Shown piece after piece: positions 1 to 11,997 of a stretch of DNA of 64,000 nt. The DNA comes from Gonapodya sp. JEL0774. Taxonomy: Eukaryota. Positions within the stretch are counted from its first letter, which is position 1; every line of letters starts with the position of its first letter. Below the pieces are notes generated by a model. That model was not told where the DNA came from, searched no databases, and saw nothing but the letters and a program-made list of their open reading frames with translations. The stretch is from assembly GCA_027604505.1 (NCBI GenBank), contig JADIIX010000088.1, positions 1 to 64,000 on the forward strand. The letters are read 5' to 3'. A program made the translations under genes and the position numbers.

Positions 1-1019
1 ATTATACACAAGTCAGATAAAAGTACCGATGTGGGTCAGATAAAAGACTTAAGGGGGTCAGGAAAAAGCGTCACACAACCCAAAATATCCCTACATACGG
101 TACTATTATAATTTTTAACCACGCCGGTACGAGTTGGCTTCCTCGTTATAGCTTACTCTCTGTATTACTCTTTGTTAAATCAAAGCGGTGTGGGTTCGTG
201 GAGAATGAGATTCCACTTGATTCTCATATGGTATATGCGATTTCTACAGCGTCGAAGTTTCTTGTGAGGAGAGCCATGCCGAGCATATGAGTTTCAATTC
301 CGTGGACCCCCGGTGTGGGCTCGTGCGTGCTTGTATTCTATGCCGATTGAGACATTGCAACCGCATCCTTTATGGTGACTTCAGGGAATCTCGGTGAAAT
401 GGAGTGCGTTTTAACAAGTGTTAGTATGTGTCGGTTGAGAAATCAGTGTTGGAGTAAGTTTGCACAAACACGACGTTCGACAGGTCGAGCAGCGGATGGG
501 AAGCCCAACACTCTAGTCCTTCATGCCTGCTTCAGAACCCCATCTTGAGGACAAGGAGAATCTCACTGGCATGATTCTTGCTCTTTTTTCTGTATGATTC
601 TGGATTTGGTTTGACGAACAACCAAGCATAAAAGGCTTCGGGCTTGTTGCTGTGCTGTGGCGACAAGGCAATCATCTGCGGCAATGCAAGCCCTCCATCA
701 AAGGCGACGAGGCTGTGTTCATTGCACCATCGACATTTTTACAAAAGTCGTTGCGATGGTATTGTTGAGTTTATTGTGTGAGAGGGTTTGTCCCTGTTCT
801 GATCACTGGGATTGCACGTGCCGAGATGCTCCTCACTTCCCTGCCTTGAACCCGTCATCATCAGTCCCCCATATCACCCCACATTACCAACGGCCGATTC
901 TTGAAGTCGAGTGGAAACACGTCCACAACTCTCCTTTCCCGTCCTCTGTCCATCCGTCCGTTCCCACTCAAACGTGCAAAGCGAGTTGCCATAGTTGACG
1001 GCCATTTCTGTCATTTGAC

Positions 1020-4000
1020 ATGTCAGACTCTGCCAACAGAGCAAAGTCTCGCTAGTGAGTCCATTGCTCTCTTATCTGTGTGTGTTTTTTGTTTCTTGCC
1101 GAGATCATTTCCCTCCAGTGAAGAACAGTATGCCCAAACCGGAGTACCCGAATGGTCCAAGAAATACATCAACTACCGCCACCTGTCCACACTCCTCTCC
1201 CGCGTCGAACGCGCTGTACGCGCCGTGACCTTCACCGACGCGCCCCCACGTTTCACCGTTTCGAACGTGGCACCTGTCGATTTGGATCCGGATCAAGCCA
1301 GTTCCCATGTCGATTCCGACTCCGGGTCAACGACGATGCCTTTCAAGGTTGACGCCTTGCAGGCCGTGGAGGAGGGCCGTGTACCCCTGCTACAGAGCAA
1401 CGGGTCGTCCGCCGGACACACTCACCGGCAACGCTCGAGCGGGACTGAGGTAGACGACGAGTATGTGGACGACGACGAGACTGCAAGCCTCGTGGTGGCC
1501 AGTCAGTTCACGACGACGGTCGGGGTCGTGATTCCGGAGAGCTTGCACGACCTGTGGAGGAGGAAGAGGCCGGCGAGGAGGGAGAGTTTGGTTCCGGGAA
1601 GGAGCACAGGTGAGCTCCTCAAGGCGGGTCCAAAGTCCCCTCACGTACCCGCGTGATTGCAGCCCGTTCATTAACCATCATGTTTCCACCTTCGATAGCC
1701 ACCCTCACCCACCGCATCAAAGACGTCCTTGACTCCCGCGGGATCCCCGAGGAATCCGAGTTTCTGGAGAACCTCGAACGGGAGATCGATAAGGTGTCGA
1801 CTTTTTTCCGCTCCAAGGAGGACGAGGCACTCCGCGCCTGGGAGGACATTTCCGCGCAGCTCGTCGCACTGGCCAAGGAGGCCGAGGAGATAAAAGAGGC
1901 CGAGGCAACGAACGGAGTCTCTCTCGCTGGGGGTGGAGCTGGAGTGGGCGCACCCGTGTCGACACCCTCAAAAGGCTCCACCTGCAACGTCGACAGCCCC
2001 ACCGCACCTCCCACATCACCCGCTCCCACTTCAACAAATCATTACCTACCCTCCGCCCACCCCACCTCCTCTGCGGTCCACCGAGCCGTCGAGCTCCTCC
2101 ACTCCGTCGCACGGCTGCCCTTGTCTCTCGCCCACTTTCCAGATCCTCTGCGCGGCATCGCCGCGCACCGCGTCGCGAGCTACGGATCGACTGGCTCGAC
2201 TGACTCTGTACTGGGGGTCCGTGACGGTGAGGACTCGGACCTGCCAAGGGTCGACGAGATGAAGAGGCGACACGCGACGGTGGTGAGGGTGGTGGAGCAG
2301 GCTGTAATTGTGAGTGCATAGCCCACGGAAGGTGTAGGATCGGCGGGAGCTGCATTGCCAAGGGTCTGTTGACGGAGAGGAACTTCTTCTTCTTTGCCTG
2401 GTTGGGCTTGTTCCCTTCCTCCGCTAGGAATTCTACAGATCGTGTCGCATGCTCAAGTCGTTCCAGCAGCTGAACAAACTTGGCATAGGAGAGCTTCTCA
2501 AGCGATTCAACGAAGTCGCTGGGTGAGTTGCTTCCATCTTTCGCCATTTTTACACGTGCTCCTTCCCAAACCGGTGAACCCGCACAACCCATCATCTCAA
2601 CCTAGCTGGAACCCCGCCCAATTCTACAACCTCGAAACTCACCACCTGTTTCAATCCCACGAGCTTGACCACCTCCTCACTCAGGTGGCGAAAGTCTACA
2701 GCCACCGCGACCGCCTGAGGACCAAAAAGCATCGCGATCAGGAGCTCGTAGGGTACCGGACGGGGTTTTATTGCGGCGCTGCTTTCATGCTCACGGTGGC
2801 GGTCATCAAGCACGTGCTGCAGGAGCAGGAGCCAGAGGCGGGAATCGAGGGCATGATGATGCTGATTTTCGGAGGGTTTGCTCGTAAGTAAATCCCATTT
2901 AAACTTGTGTTCACTCTTGCGGCTCTTATCCAGTGTAGCTGATGATGTCAATCTGTTTACGTGGGTGTGTTCGACTTCAGTCCCCATGGTCATGCTCGTC
3001 TTTGTCGCAGTCAACTTTGTGTTGTTCGCCCATTACCGAATCAACTACCCCTTCATCTTCGAAACGAACCAACGTGATCACATCACGGCACTCGAGTTTG
3101 TGGAAATTATATTCGTCTTGGTGTGAGCCCCTCGGGAATTCTGTCTGACTTCTTTAGATCAACCCGAACCGTTCGCCTCTGTCACTTCCCAAACGTTACA
3201 TTATGTCAAATCAAATAGCATCACATGGGCACTTTTCGCATATTTAGCTATAGCTGAGAACTTGTTCGATCCTTGGATACCCAGGTCTTACTACCCCACC
3301 CTCCTCCTCGCCGTCGACTTGGCCATCGTGTTGAACCCTTTCGACACTCTCTATCGGTCTTCTCGATTTTGGTTCGTTCGCACCATGGGAAGAATTGCTG
3401 CGAGCGGGTGGCTGTTTGTGGAGTTTCGGGATTTCTTACTGACCGACGTGCTGGGATCCTTGACCTACACGTTCACGGCGTTGGCGGTGTTTGCCTGCGG
3501 TTATTCCAATGGATGGGACGAGGACACGCCGAGCAAATGTGATCTTTCAAGGACGGTGAGATTATTACAGTAAGGTTGAGGGAATGCGCACTGACGAACG
3601 TTTCTTGGTTTCGTGTTCGGAATCCCTGTAGTGGGTGAGTCCGGACTAGGCGTGTCTCGCACTCGGTCATTTGTGCCCCCCCACACTCAAACGCAAACAC
3701 CAGCTCGTTCCCCTCCTGACGTGCCTCCCCAACGTTCTCCGACTGATCCAGTGTGTGCGCCGCTACTTTGATACCCATACGTTTGGACCACACATTGGAA
3801 ATGCTCTCAAGTATCTGCTCGCCATCATTACCATTGTTTTATCATCGGCAACAAAATTGACGGGCGGCCAGGGCATGAGAATCGGTTGGATTGGCGTTGC
3901 CATTTTGAGTACTGTGTATGCGACTTGGTGGGACATACGGATGGACGTAGGTGGGTGTTTCCCGAAACCGTTGCATGATGAAGTGCAGTCACAATGTCTG

Positions 4001-4461
4001 GCCCAACTGATCGTGAGCAGGGCTTTTGACCACCAACCAGCACCACTTCTTGCTTCGCAGCGAGCTTGTTTATCCGGTTTGGACTTATTATCTGTGGATT
4101 CCCGTTGATGTCGTCTTGCGGTGTGCTTGGGTTGTTGTCATATCACCGTCATATTGGCAGCATCTGGGAGTCGACGGGAACACGATCGCATTTGGCCTCG
4201 CGTTGCTGGAGGTTGTTCGGCGCGGACTATGGTGAGTGAGGTCATCAAGACTTGCCGGTTCATGTGGGTGCTTATCCATTCCTGTGGTATGATAGGCTCG
4301 CTCTGCGGTACGATCCCAAAGCTTCATTGTATCAACGCCGTCGTGCCAACGTAACGCGCCCCCCTTCTCTTTGTAGGATTGAAAACGAGCACTCGTACAA
4401 TATCGGGCATTTCCGGGCGACCAAGGAAGTACCTCTTCCACCTCTTCCAGAGACGCAATGA
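1020..4461 (+). CDS. SPX-EXS domain phosphate exporter-like protein (SYG1/XPR1/PHO1 family), multi-exon
   Basis: Spliced N-terminus MSDSANRAKSRY|EEQYAQTGVPEWSKKYINY. SPX helices FLENLEREIDKVSTFF and EFYRSCRMLKSFQQLN. EXS motifs RINYPFIFE, VEFRDFLLTD, RLIQCVRRY, WWDIRMD, LEVVRRGLW and RIENEH. Stop at 4459-4461. Confidence 0.9.
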
Positions 4462-4663
4462 TAATTTATTTCAGGATACCGTGCAATGTTAATCTATCAA
4501 AAATAAGATATTTTCGTGTTCGCGCTGAGCTGTTTCAGCTAGCGAAGGTGGCTTTGGAAGAACACGGCATGCGAAGACTTTGCGAAGCTTTCGATCACGA
4601 GTGATCGGAGCAACCGATTCTTCTTTTGCACTCACCCGTTTTGTACTCCTGTCCATTAATCGT

Positions 4664-6616
4664 ATGGCAAAGAAAGGCAAAGGAGGGAAATCCGGTAGTG
4701 CAAAAAAAGGGGGGAAAGGCGATGAAGCTGCAGCCCAGGTGGTCGGGAAAGCCCTGGTGAGTCTTGAAGAACCCTTCTTGTCCGACTCTTGGCAACATTC
4801 ACAGCCCAGTTTCCACTTTGCATTCGTCCATACAGGAGATTAAGCATCTTCATCTGTCTTATATTGCAAATTGCTCGCATTTTCTCACTCAACCCCAGCA
4901 ATCGGTCCTGAAGAAACTCGAGAAGTGTGGAGCCTCTGTTGTTGGAGTACCTCTGTCACCTGCCGCAAAGTTCAATCCCACTGCACCATTCAATGGCGCG
5001 CTACTCCCACTTGTGACACCAGGAGTATCTGTGGAAAGTGGTGCAACGGCGGGCACCTCGCCTTCGGTGGATAGCCAGCCGGGTTCTTCCGCGATTCCCC
5101 CACCAACTCCTGTTTCGTTCGCACTAGCCGCCGTGTCCTCATCGGGTGAACCGCTCCCATCTCTCTCTTCAATCGAAGGATTCGATCGTCTGCTTCTGTC
5201 TCAGACTCCACTGTCTCAAAATGACATTTACTCTCTTTCCTCGACCTTTCGCACCACTTCGGATCTAAAATTGGTTTGCCTTTGGAACTGCAAACTTGAT
5301 GAGAGGGCAGTCAGAGTGCTGTGTGGGTCCTCTTTCCTCAGGGGCCATCCCGGTGTAACCTGCGTTCAACTTGTGAGCTGTGGGCTCCATTCTTCTGGAG
5401 CCACATGCATTGCGCGACTGTTGGCGGACGTGCCCGATGAAAAGGAATCGAATGAAGGAGGAGCGCCAAGACTCGTCGAAGCTGCTGAGAATGACCGACT
5501 CCATTCACGACGCTCCTCAGCTCTTCCGCCACTTCCTACTACCAACTCGGTAGCTCAACCACGACGAAACCTCGTCGTGGTACCAAGAAAGATTTCGTCA
5601 GATATCTCGTCTCCGAGCCCCTCGAGACCCTCTGCACCAGCTGTCCCCTTTTCCTCTCTTCTCACAGTTCTGTGCTTGGACCACAACTCGGGTCTGGGAA
5701 CTCTCGGCGTTTCTCGAGTCTTTGATGCTATTCGAGTAACGTCAATGAAGCCAGACTCTCGCTCTCATCCGGACGATGGTTTCGCCTCCGCTCAACAGTC
5801 CGACGTAGCACGAGATTCCCTGTCAAGTGCAACCGCGCGACCCCAGACACATTCTGCCGGACCTACAAATCTTCCAATCGGTGGATGTCGGCTGGTCAGG
5901 GTGTCTGTAAAGTATTGTGATGCTGGCGAGGATGCGGCTGGGTCGATCGGGCGAGCGTTGGAGATTAACTCCACGATCATGTGAGCAACGAGAATTTTCC
6001 ATCGAACTCCCAATTCTCACTATTGGGACACACACTATGGCTCATTCATACGTTTTCTAGTGACCTAGACCTTTCTGGTAATGCCCTGTCCAACGGCGGG
6101 GTCCTTCACCTTGCTCCCTATCTCGCTCGCAATACGACGCTGCAACGTCTTAATCTCTCTTCCAACCTCATATCCGACTCCATTCCGACCGCCGAGTCCC
6201 TTTTGAAAATACCCGCATTCTCCGCTCCTTTTAACTATACCGAAGCGCTCGAGCGCCACGTTCAAAGGCACGAAGAGTCACTTGGATCGACATCGCCAAC
6301 ACACGATGCTCAGGCAAGCACCTCTAGTGATGCCACTGAGCCCGTTCTCCTGTCACCAATCGAGTCTCTCGCGTGCGCAATGACCGCCCCCGCGAACCCG
6401 GCATCTGCAATGAGCTTTTTGGACTTGAGGAGCAACGACATTGGAGATCATGGTGGAAGAGTTGTGGTAAACCTTTTGAAGGCGCGGAAGGGGAAATTGC
6501 AGGTTAAAATTGGCGAGCGAATGCAAGGAGAGGTTTTCGGTGGGGTTCTTGATCTAAGTGATCTGGCTGCGGGGGGCGGGAAGAAGGGGAAAGGGAAGGG
6601 AGGAAAGAAGAAGTAA
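4664..6616 (+). CDS. RNI-like leucine-rich repeat protein with Lys/Gly-rich termini
   Basis: LRR units LVCLWNCKLDE, VQLVSCGLHSSGA, LDLSGNALSNGG, LNLSSNLISD and LDLRSNDIGDHGG. ATG at 4664 (MAKKGKGG). Introns near 4757 and 5981. Confidence 0.75.
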
Positions 6617-6797
6617 CGTTTTTGAGGCGAAGTTTCAGTGCTCAATTTATTTACAACCAAGTATTGCATGGTGCAAGAGAAACGAATTCAATCGAATGCT
6701 GATGGGAGCTCGTCATTTCTACGTCATGTTTCCCGTCCTCTCTTTCCACCTCGCTCTCCCAAGTAAGTTGATTGGAGAAAGTGAGAGAGGGAGGTGG

Positions 6798-7730
6798 TCA
6801 CCACGGTAGCTTACATGGGGTTGGGAGATCTTTGCCGACTGTGAGTTCAATGTTACCAATTCCCCTGTGCGACGAGGTGACCACGCAAACCCCGGTTGGA
6901 ATACCAAAAGAACGCATAGAACTAGTTGAAAACTTGTTCAAAGCAACTCACAAGGGACCCATCGGCGCCCAAAATTGACCCGATATCTCCATGGAGATGT
7001 GTTTGTCGATGAACTCAACGAGGTGAGATGCAGCAACGGACGGGTGTACCGCTGCGTTGACCAAGTGGAAATTGAGATCGGTCGGTCTTCCGAAACGGCG
7101 TTCGGGTACAGTGTACCTACCCCCCCCAGAGTCCCAATACTTGTCGTATCCGACGTTCTTTGTCATTTCTGTGCGCATAAAGCCCGGATGGACCATCACC
7201 ACTGAGATACCCAATTTCTCCACGTCCAGTGCCAGCAATCGCCCCACCATATTCTCCCCCGCTTTACTTCCATGATGTGCATAGTTTCCTCCACCCTCCG
7301 AGGGGTGTCGGAGAGTCACGCTGCCGCCCTCACTCGTGACCAGAACGACTTTGCTTCCGGAAGATAGCATCCCGGCCTGTACCAGATGAGACACGATAAA
7401 CGTGGGTGCGATGCATGATATTGTGTACATGGCGAGTTGGGCATCCCAGTTTGGTGATGTGAAGTCTTCCTTGGCAAAGTACCCTGCGTTCACGATCACG
7501 ACGTCCAACCGACCGACCGACATGGTTTTCAGTGCATCCACCAGTTTAGGTGCGGCATCTCTCTTTGAAAGATCGATCGCTGGAACGAATCGAACGTTGT
7601 CCGAGGCTGGAGTAGAAGGGGACGCTTCTCGCAAGGTCGCGAGAACCGTGGTCGATGCGCGGGATGCGTAGTTCGAGAGGAGAGAAGCGCCCAGGCCACG
7701 CGAGGCTCCGATGAGGAGGACGGTGGACAT
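6798..7730 (-). CDS. Short-chain dehydrogenase/reductase, C-signal (CsgA)-like
   Basis: MSTVLLIGASRGLG Rossmann motif, VIVNAG, catalytic-region HHGSK, VHPGFMRTEM. The last spliced exon reads GIGNIELTVGKDLPTPCKLPW*. Confidence 0.85.
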
Positions 7731-7842
7731 GTTGGAGTCGGGTATGCAGTCGCATTCGGCTGGGGGTCCCAAGATCACTGAACATTTCGTAATATATAAT
7801 TTATGTACTCCGTCCACATTTTGCATTTCCCTCTATTGCTGC

Positions 7843-8955
7843 TCATGCATCAACCGTGTAGACAATTCTCAATCTGCCCTTCTTGTGTATTACACTGGTA
7901 ACCACAACAGCGCATCCACTTTCTCTTTGAAGAAATTCTCCGACACCTTTGACATGGGTTCCCCCACAAGGGCATCCCACAGTCCCCGGAACCATCACAA
8001 CGACTCTGGGGGTAGAGTCAGGGGCGATGTAGGGGGGTAGGCTCCCTCCGCAAAGTTTCGCTGCCTCCGCATATGGCGTATTATTTAGGGCGAGAACAGG
8101 GGAAGTGAGGTGCTGGCGAACAATGCGGTTCAGAGCAGAGTTGAGAAGGGGGGGAAGGAGGACGGGAAGCTCTGAGGGGGCGTTTTTGGAAGCTTTGGGT
8201 TTCTTAGGTGTCTGTAGAGAAGCATCGGGTCCACCAGCTGCACCACTCGCACCGGCGGACCAGCCATCTGGCACTTTGCCTTCATACTCGACCCAGCACT
8301 GTCCCTCAAGGTGGCTCCCCTTCCCTGCGGCGAACCCTCCCATCGAACTTTCACTTCCAGGCGCGGACATGAGTCCCACATCCATGACGGCGAGATCTAT
8401 CAAATGTCCTGCTGAGTGGAGGCGTGCGTTGCGGATACGCCGAGTGGGATTGATGGCGAGGCGGAGTTGAGCGTGCTCATGCCAATCGGCCGGAGCTGGT
8501 GCGCTCACGAGAAGCTGCTGACTGTCGGTGACACGCGGTGCAAAAGATCCATAGTGCCATATTACTCCGGTGGTCCTGTCCATTCGAGCCTCTCGGACGT
8601 GGTAAACAACATCATGATCAGGATGGGAAAGCTCAACCGTTCCGCTGTCGGAATCCTGCCCGCCACCAAATGGATGGAAAATGGTCTTATTGAAGGCAAG
8701 TGCGAACTCGCCAGACTTCCATATGGGTGTGTGCACAGACGGCTGAGTTTCAGAGGAGTCGGAGTTACCAACGATTGCAATCAGCGATGCACCATCGAAG
8801 GAGAAAAGTGTTGTATCCGTGTGGTAGAGCGTATCGGTGGGTGGGAGAGCTGGATTGCTCGCAGGAACTGAAGAGGAAGCTTCCAACATTTTTTCGGGTT
8901 TGAACCGCACCTGCCAGTTGACCGCTGGGCTGCGGGTGGGAGCTGAGTGGCGCAT
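7843..8955 (-). CDS. Free-standing alanyl-tRNA editing protein (AlaX/AlaXp), single exon
   Basis: TIFHPFGGGQDSDSG Gly-rich motif, HSAGH (HxxxH) and CGGTH (CxxxH) zinc motifs. Uninterrupted 370-aa ORF. Confidence 0.9.
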   Translation of the reverse strand: MRHSAPTRSPAVNWQVRFKPEKMLEASSSVPASNPALPPTDTLYHTDTTLFSFDGASLIAIVGNSDSSETQPSVHTPIWKSGEFALAFNKTIFHPFGGGQDSDSGTVELSHPDHDVVYHVREARMDRTTGVIWHYGSFAPRVTDSQQLLVSAPAPADWHEHAQLRLAINPTRRIRNARLHSAGHLIDLAVMDVGLMSAPGSESSMGGFAAGKGSHLEGQCWVEYEGKVPDGWSAGASGAAGGPDASLQTPKKPKASKNAPSELPVLLPPLLNSALNRIVRQHLTSPVLALNNTPYAEAAKLCGGSLPPYIAPDSTPRVVVMVPGTVGCPCGGTHVKGVGEFLQRESGCAVVVTSVIHKKGRLRIVYTVDA

Positions 8956-9631
8956 TTTATTGTATGTGTATTTGTGTTCGGAATCTGAGAGTTCTTCTTC
9001 CCTTTCATGTCACCCTGTCATCTTTTATCCGTTCAGCTCACAGTTTTCTTCCTGCTATTGATATTTTTTTTTTGACTTTCTGGCAAGCCTGCCCGATAAC
9101 TGTTTAGTGTGGGCGATGAGTTATAGTTGTTGATTTGTAGTAATATTGCCATGACGGGCGCACAATACTTGGGCAGAAGTGGGCAGGAGTACAGGCGACA
9201 AAGCAGTCGATTCTTTTGAGTGACATAGGACATTCATGGGAATGTCGCACATTGATAACTAAGGATGAGGGGAAAGCCAACATTAGACTGTTGCCTTTCA
9301 GAGGGAGTATTGAAGGATGGTTTGAGTTTGGATGCCAATGACGAATTGATTGATTGAAAACTGTGTCGAGCACTATCGCGGTGGTTGAGTAGGGCTGAAG
9401 ACACGAAGCTGGAACAGGTGAGAGGGGACCGTACGGCCAAGCTACCGCCCAAGGAAGTATGGATGACGAATTGGTTGATTGATGATTCTCTGAGTTTTCA
9501 GAGCGGATGATAGGCCCTCTGTGTCGCGAAAAATTGTGTCCAGCACTGTCGCTGTGGTTGAACCGTCGGTTGATTTTGTTCAAGGGGCTTCGTCAATTTC
9601 ATTTTCCACACCGACACCTCATATTTCAGGA

Positions 9632-11893
9632 ATGTCCAAAAAATATGATGTGGTCGTGTGGGGAGCAACTGGATACACGGGTTCTTACGTCGCTGAGGTG
9701 AGTCTGGATATCAGATCTCTCTAAATCGGCGTCCCGTCAAATTTTTTCTCAATCCCCCTTCGATTCCCTCCGTTGCTTCCTTAATTCGGTTCCTTTTATC
9801 GCCTGATCTTGATGTATTTCTATGACTTTCCCTGAATGGTTCCTTGTCACTGCAAAATGAAAACTGTCCGTGCTCGGTAGTACCTCGCCGAATCCGGACC
9901 AAAGGACTTGAAATGGGCTCTCGCAGGCCGGTCTCTTTCTAAAGTCCAAGACACTCGCGCTGCAATTCTTGCTCGTCTCTCCGAACTCTACCCAGCCCGC
10001 CTCGCCGAGGGCGACCAGGCATTCAACGGCATCAAGGCAAAAGACATCCTGGTCGCAGATTCGGGTGACCAAGCGTCAATCGACGCAATGGTGGCACAAA
10101 CCAAGGTTGTGATTGCGTGCGCGGGTGAGTCCGGGGGCATGAGTCTCAACTCGGCCAGGCCAAACAAATTGTCCGGATCCGGAAGCCCGAAACAATGCTG
10201 TCAAGCAGCTCCAATCAAAAGAACTCTTATGGGATCATTTTCGACACGAGGACTAACTGTGCAGTCCTAAGGCACTGGAATGTCCCAATCTTTTGCTCCC
10301 ACGGCCGACTCACACTACTCTACTCTCCTCTTCCTCCCAGGCCCCTTTTCCAGGTACGGCACTCCCGTTGTGTCCGCATGTGCTCGCCTGGGTGCGGACT
10401 ATGTTGACATCACGGGAGAAAGCAAATGGATCTTGGATATGACTCGCGATTATGCAGACAAAGCTAAGGAAACCGGTGCCATCATCGTGCCGAGCTGTGG
10501 ATTTGATTCGGTGGGTTTTCAAGAGTGGCTAAAGTTGAGACTGATATTTCTAGGGTCGTACCTTCGTTTGAATGGCTCGATTGAATGGGATGCCGTCTTA
10601 CTGGTTTAGACCCCTCTCGAATGGGAGGAGAATCTGAGCCGTGCGATATGAGACGTACAGGCTGTACATGAGAGGGTTGTCCTCGAACTACCCCAGCTTC
10701 ACCACTTCCAACCCAACCCAAACCTTTTAGGTACCCTCTGATCTCCTCACCCACCTCCTCGCCCTCCAACTCCGCTCCCACTCCCTCCTCACTGCTACCG
10801 TCCGCAATTCATGTACCGATTTCGTCGCCGGCGCTTCGGGTGGCACCTTGCTCACGTCCGCCGAAGGGGTGGAGGCCCTCGTTTCTGGGAAAAAGGACGG
10901 AGCCGAGAGGAAGAAGCCTTTTCGATTGGAGAAGGGACCACCGACACCAAGGGGTGGAAAGCTGCCGAAAGCTGGATCGGTGCCACTATACTGGGACAAG
11001 GATTTGGGAAAGTGGCAAGGGATCTGGGTAATGGTGAGAGTGCTGTATAGGTGGCTCGAGTGTTCCGAAGCGATGCCTTAACTTCGCACAACCCACGCAC
11101 ATGAATTCACCACCGTCACTACTGAAACTACCAGGCTCGTGTCAATGCTAGTTGCATTCGCCGGTCCCAGTGGCTGCTCAACTGGCGCTATGGCAACTTC
11201 TTGTACACAGAAACACGAGGCTTCAAATCCTTCTTCTCAGGTACGAGATTCAGTGTACCAAGGCAGACATCTTCGGCGCTTCGCGTTCGTTCATTTCTTC
11301 TGACCGTTACATTCAGCCCTGTTCGCCAACCTGAGTCTCGTCACCTTCGGTATCCTCTTTGCGTTCGGCCCTACTCGCCGTTTGTTGCAGAGATTTGTGC
11401 TCCCTGCGCCCGGGAGTGGCACTGTTAAGGATTCTGAGAGGAGGTCAAATTACTATGTAATGGAGGGTGTGGCAGTGAGCGAGGTGGGCGAGGATGGCAA
11501 ACAGAAGACAGTAAAGGGGACGTGGGAAGGTCAAGGAGACCCCGGGTACTGGCACACGTGTATTGTGAGTGGAACTGCACATCAATGTCGACTTTGTGCA
11601 ATGATGGAGTGAGCATTTACACGCGGTCAACATGAATCCCATCCAGATGGTCGCCGAAGCCGCGTTATGTTGCATCTACGAGCGCGACAGGTGAGGACAA
11701 CACTCATATTTGCTCGCTTCGATGCGCAATTTGACCTTTGTACCATGGCTTTTCGCAAAGTCTTCCTGGAGCCAAAGAGTTCCACGGTGGAGTGCTCTCA
11801 CCTGCGTCAGCGTTTGGAACGGTACTGGTGGAACGGTTGAAGAGGACAGGCACCGTGAAAATTAATGTGTCCAATCCCGAAATTGTTGATTAG
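9632..11893 (+). CDS. Saccharopine dehydrogenase-like oxidoreductase (SCCPDH/trans-acting enoyl reductase family), multi-exon
   Basis: MSKKYDVVVWGATGYTG, WALAGRS, GPFSRYGTPVVSACARLGADYVDITGE, IVPSCGFDS, GDPGYWHT, GGVLSPASAFG. Stop at 11891-11893. Confidence 0.9.
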
Positions 11894-11997
11894 TATCAAA
11901 TAAATGGCGCTACATTTGACTTGGTTCCGGGGTTGTTACTGGTGGGGGGGGTGGGGGGAACACTGCACCATCTCTACAGATACTTTCCCTGATTCAC

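Noticed and set aside
12..70. Three short GTCAG(A/G)(T/A)AAAAG repeats as a CRISPR array or transposon end
   Set aside because: The repeats are about 12 bp with irregular short spacers at the window edge. No cas or transposase gene and no matching inverted copy was seen.
130..1019. Possible gene upstream of the SPX-EXS gene (e.g. ORF 657-998)
   Set aside because: No recognisable motif or convincing spliced frame was found.
1717..2595. Long antisense or alternative-frame ORFs (also 22244-22768, 48874-49497, 53194-53745, 62097-62810)
   Set aside because: These are shadows of real GC-rich exons, with no independent family motifs.
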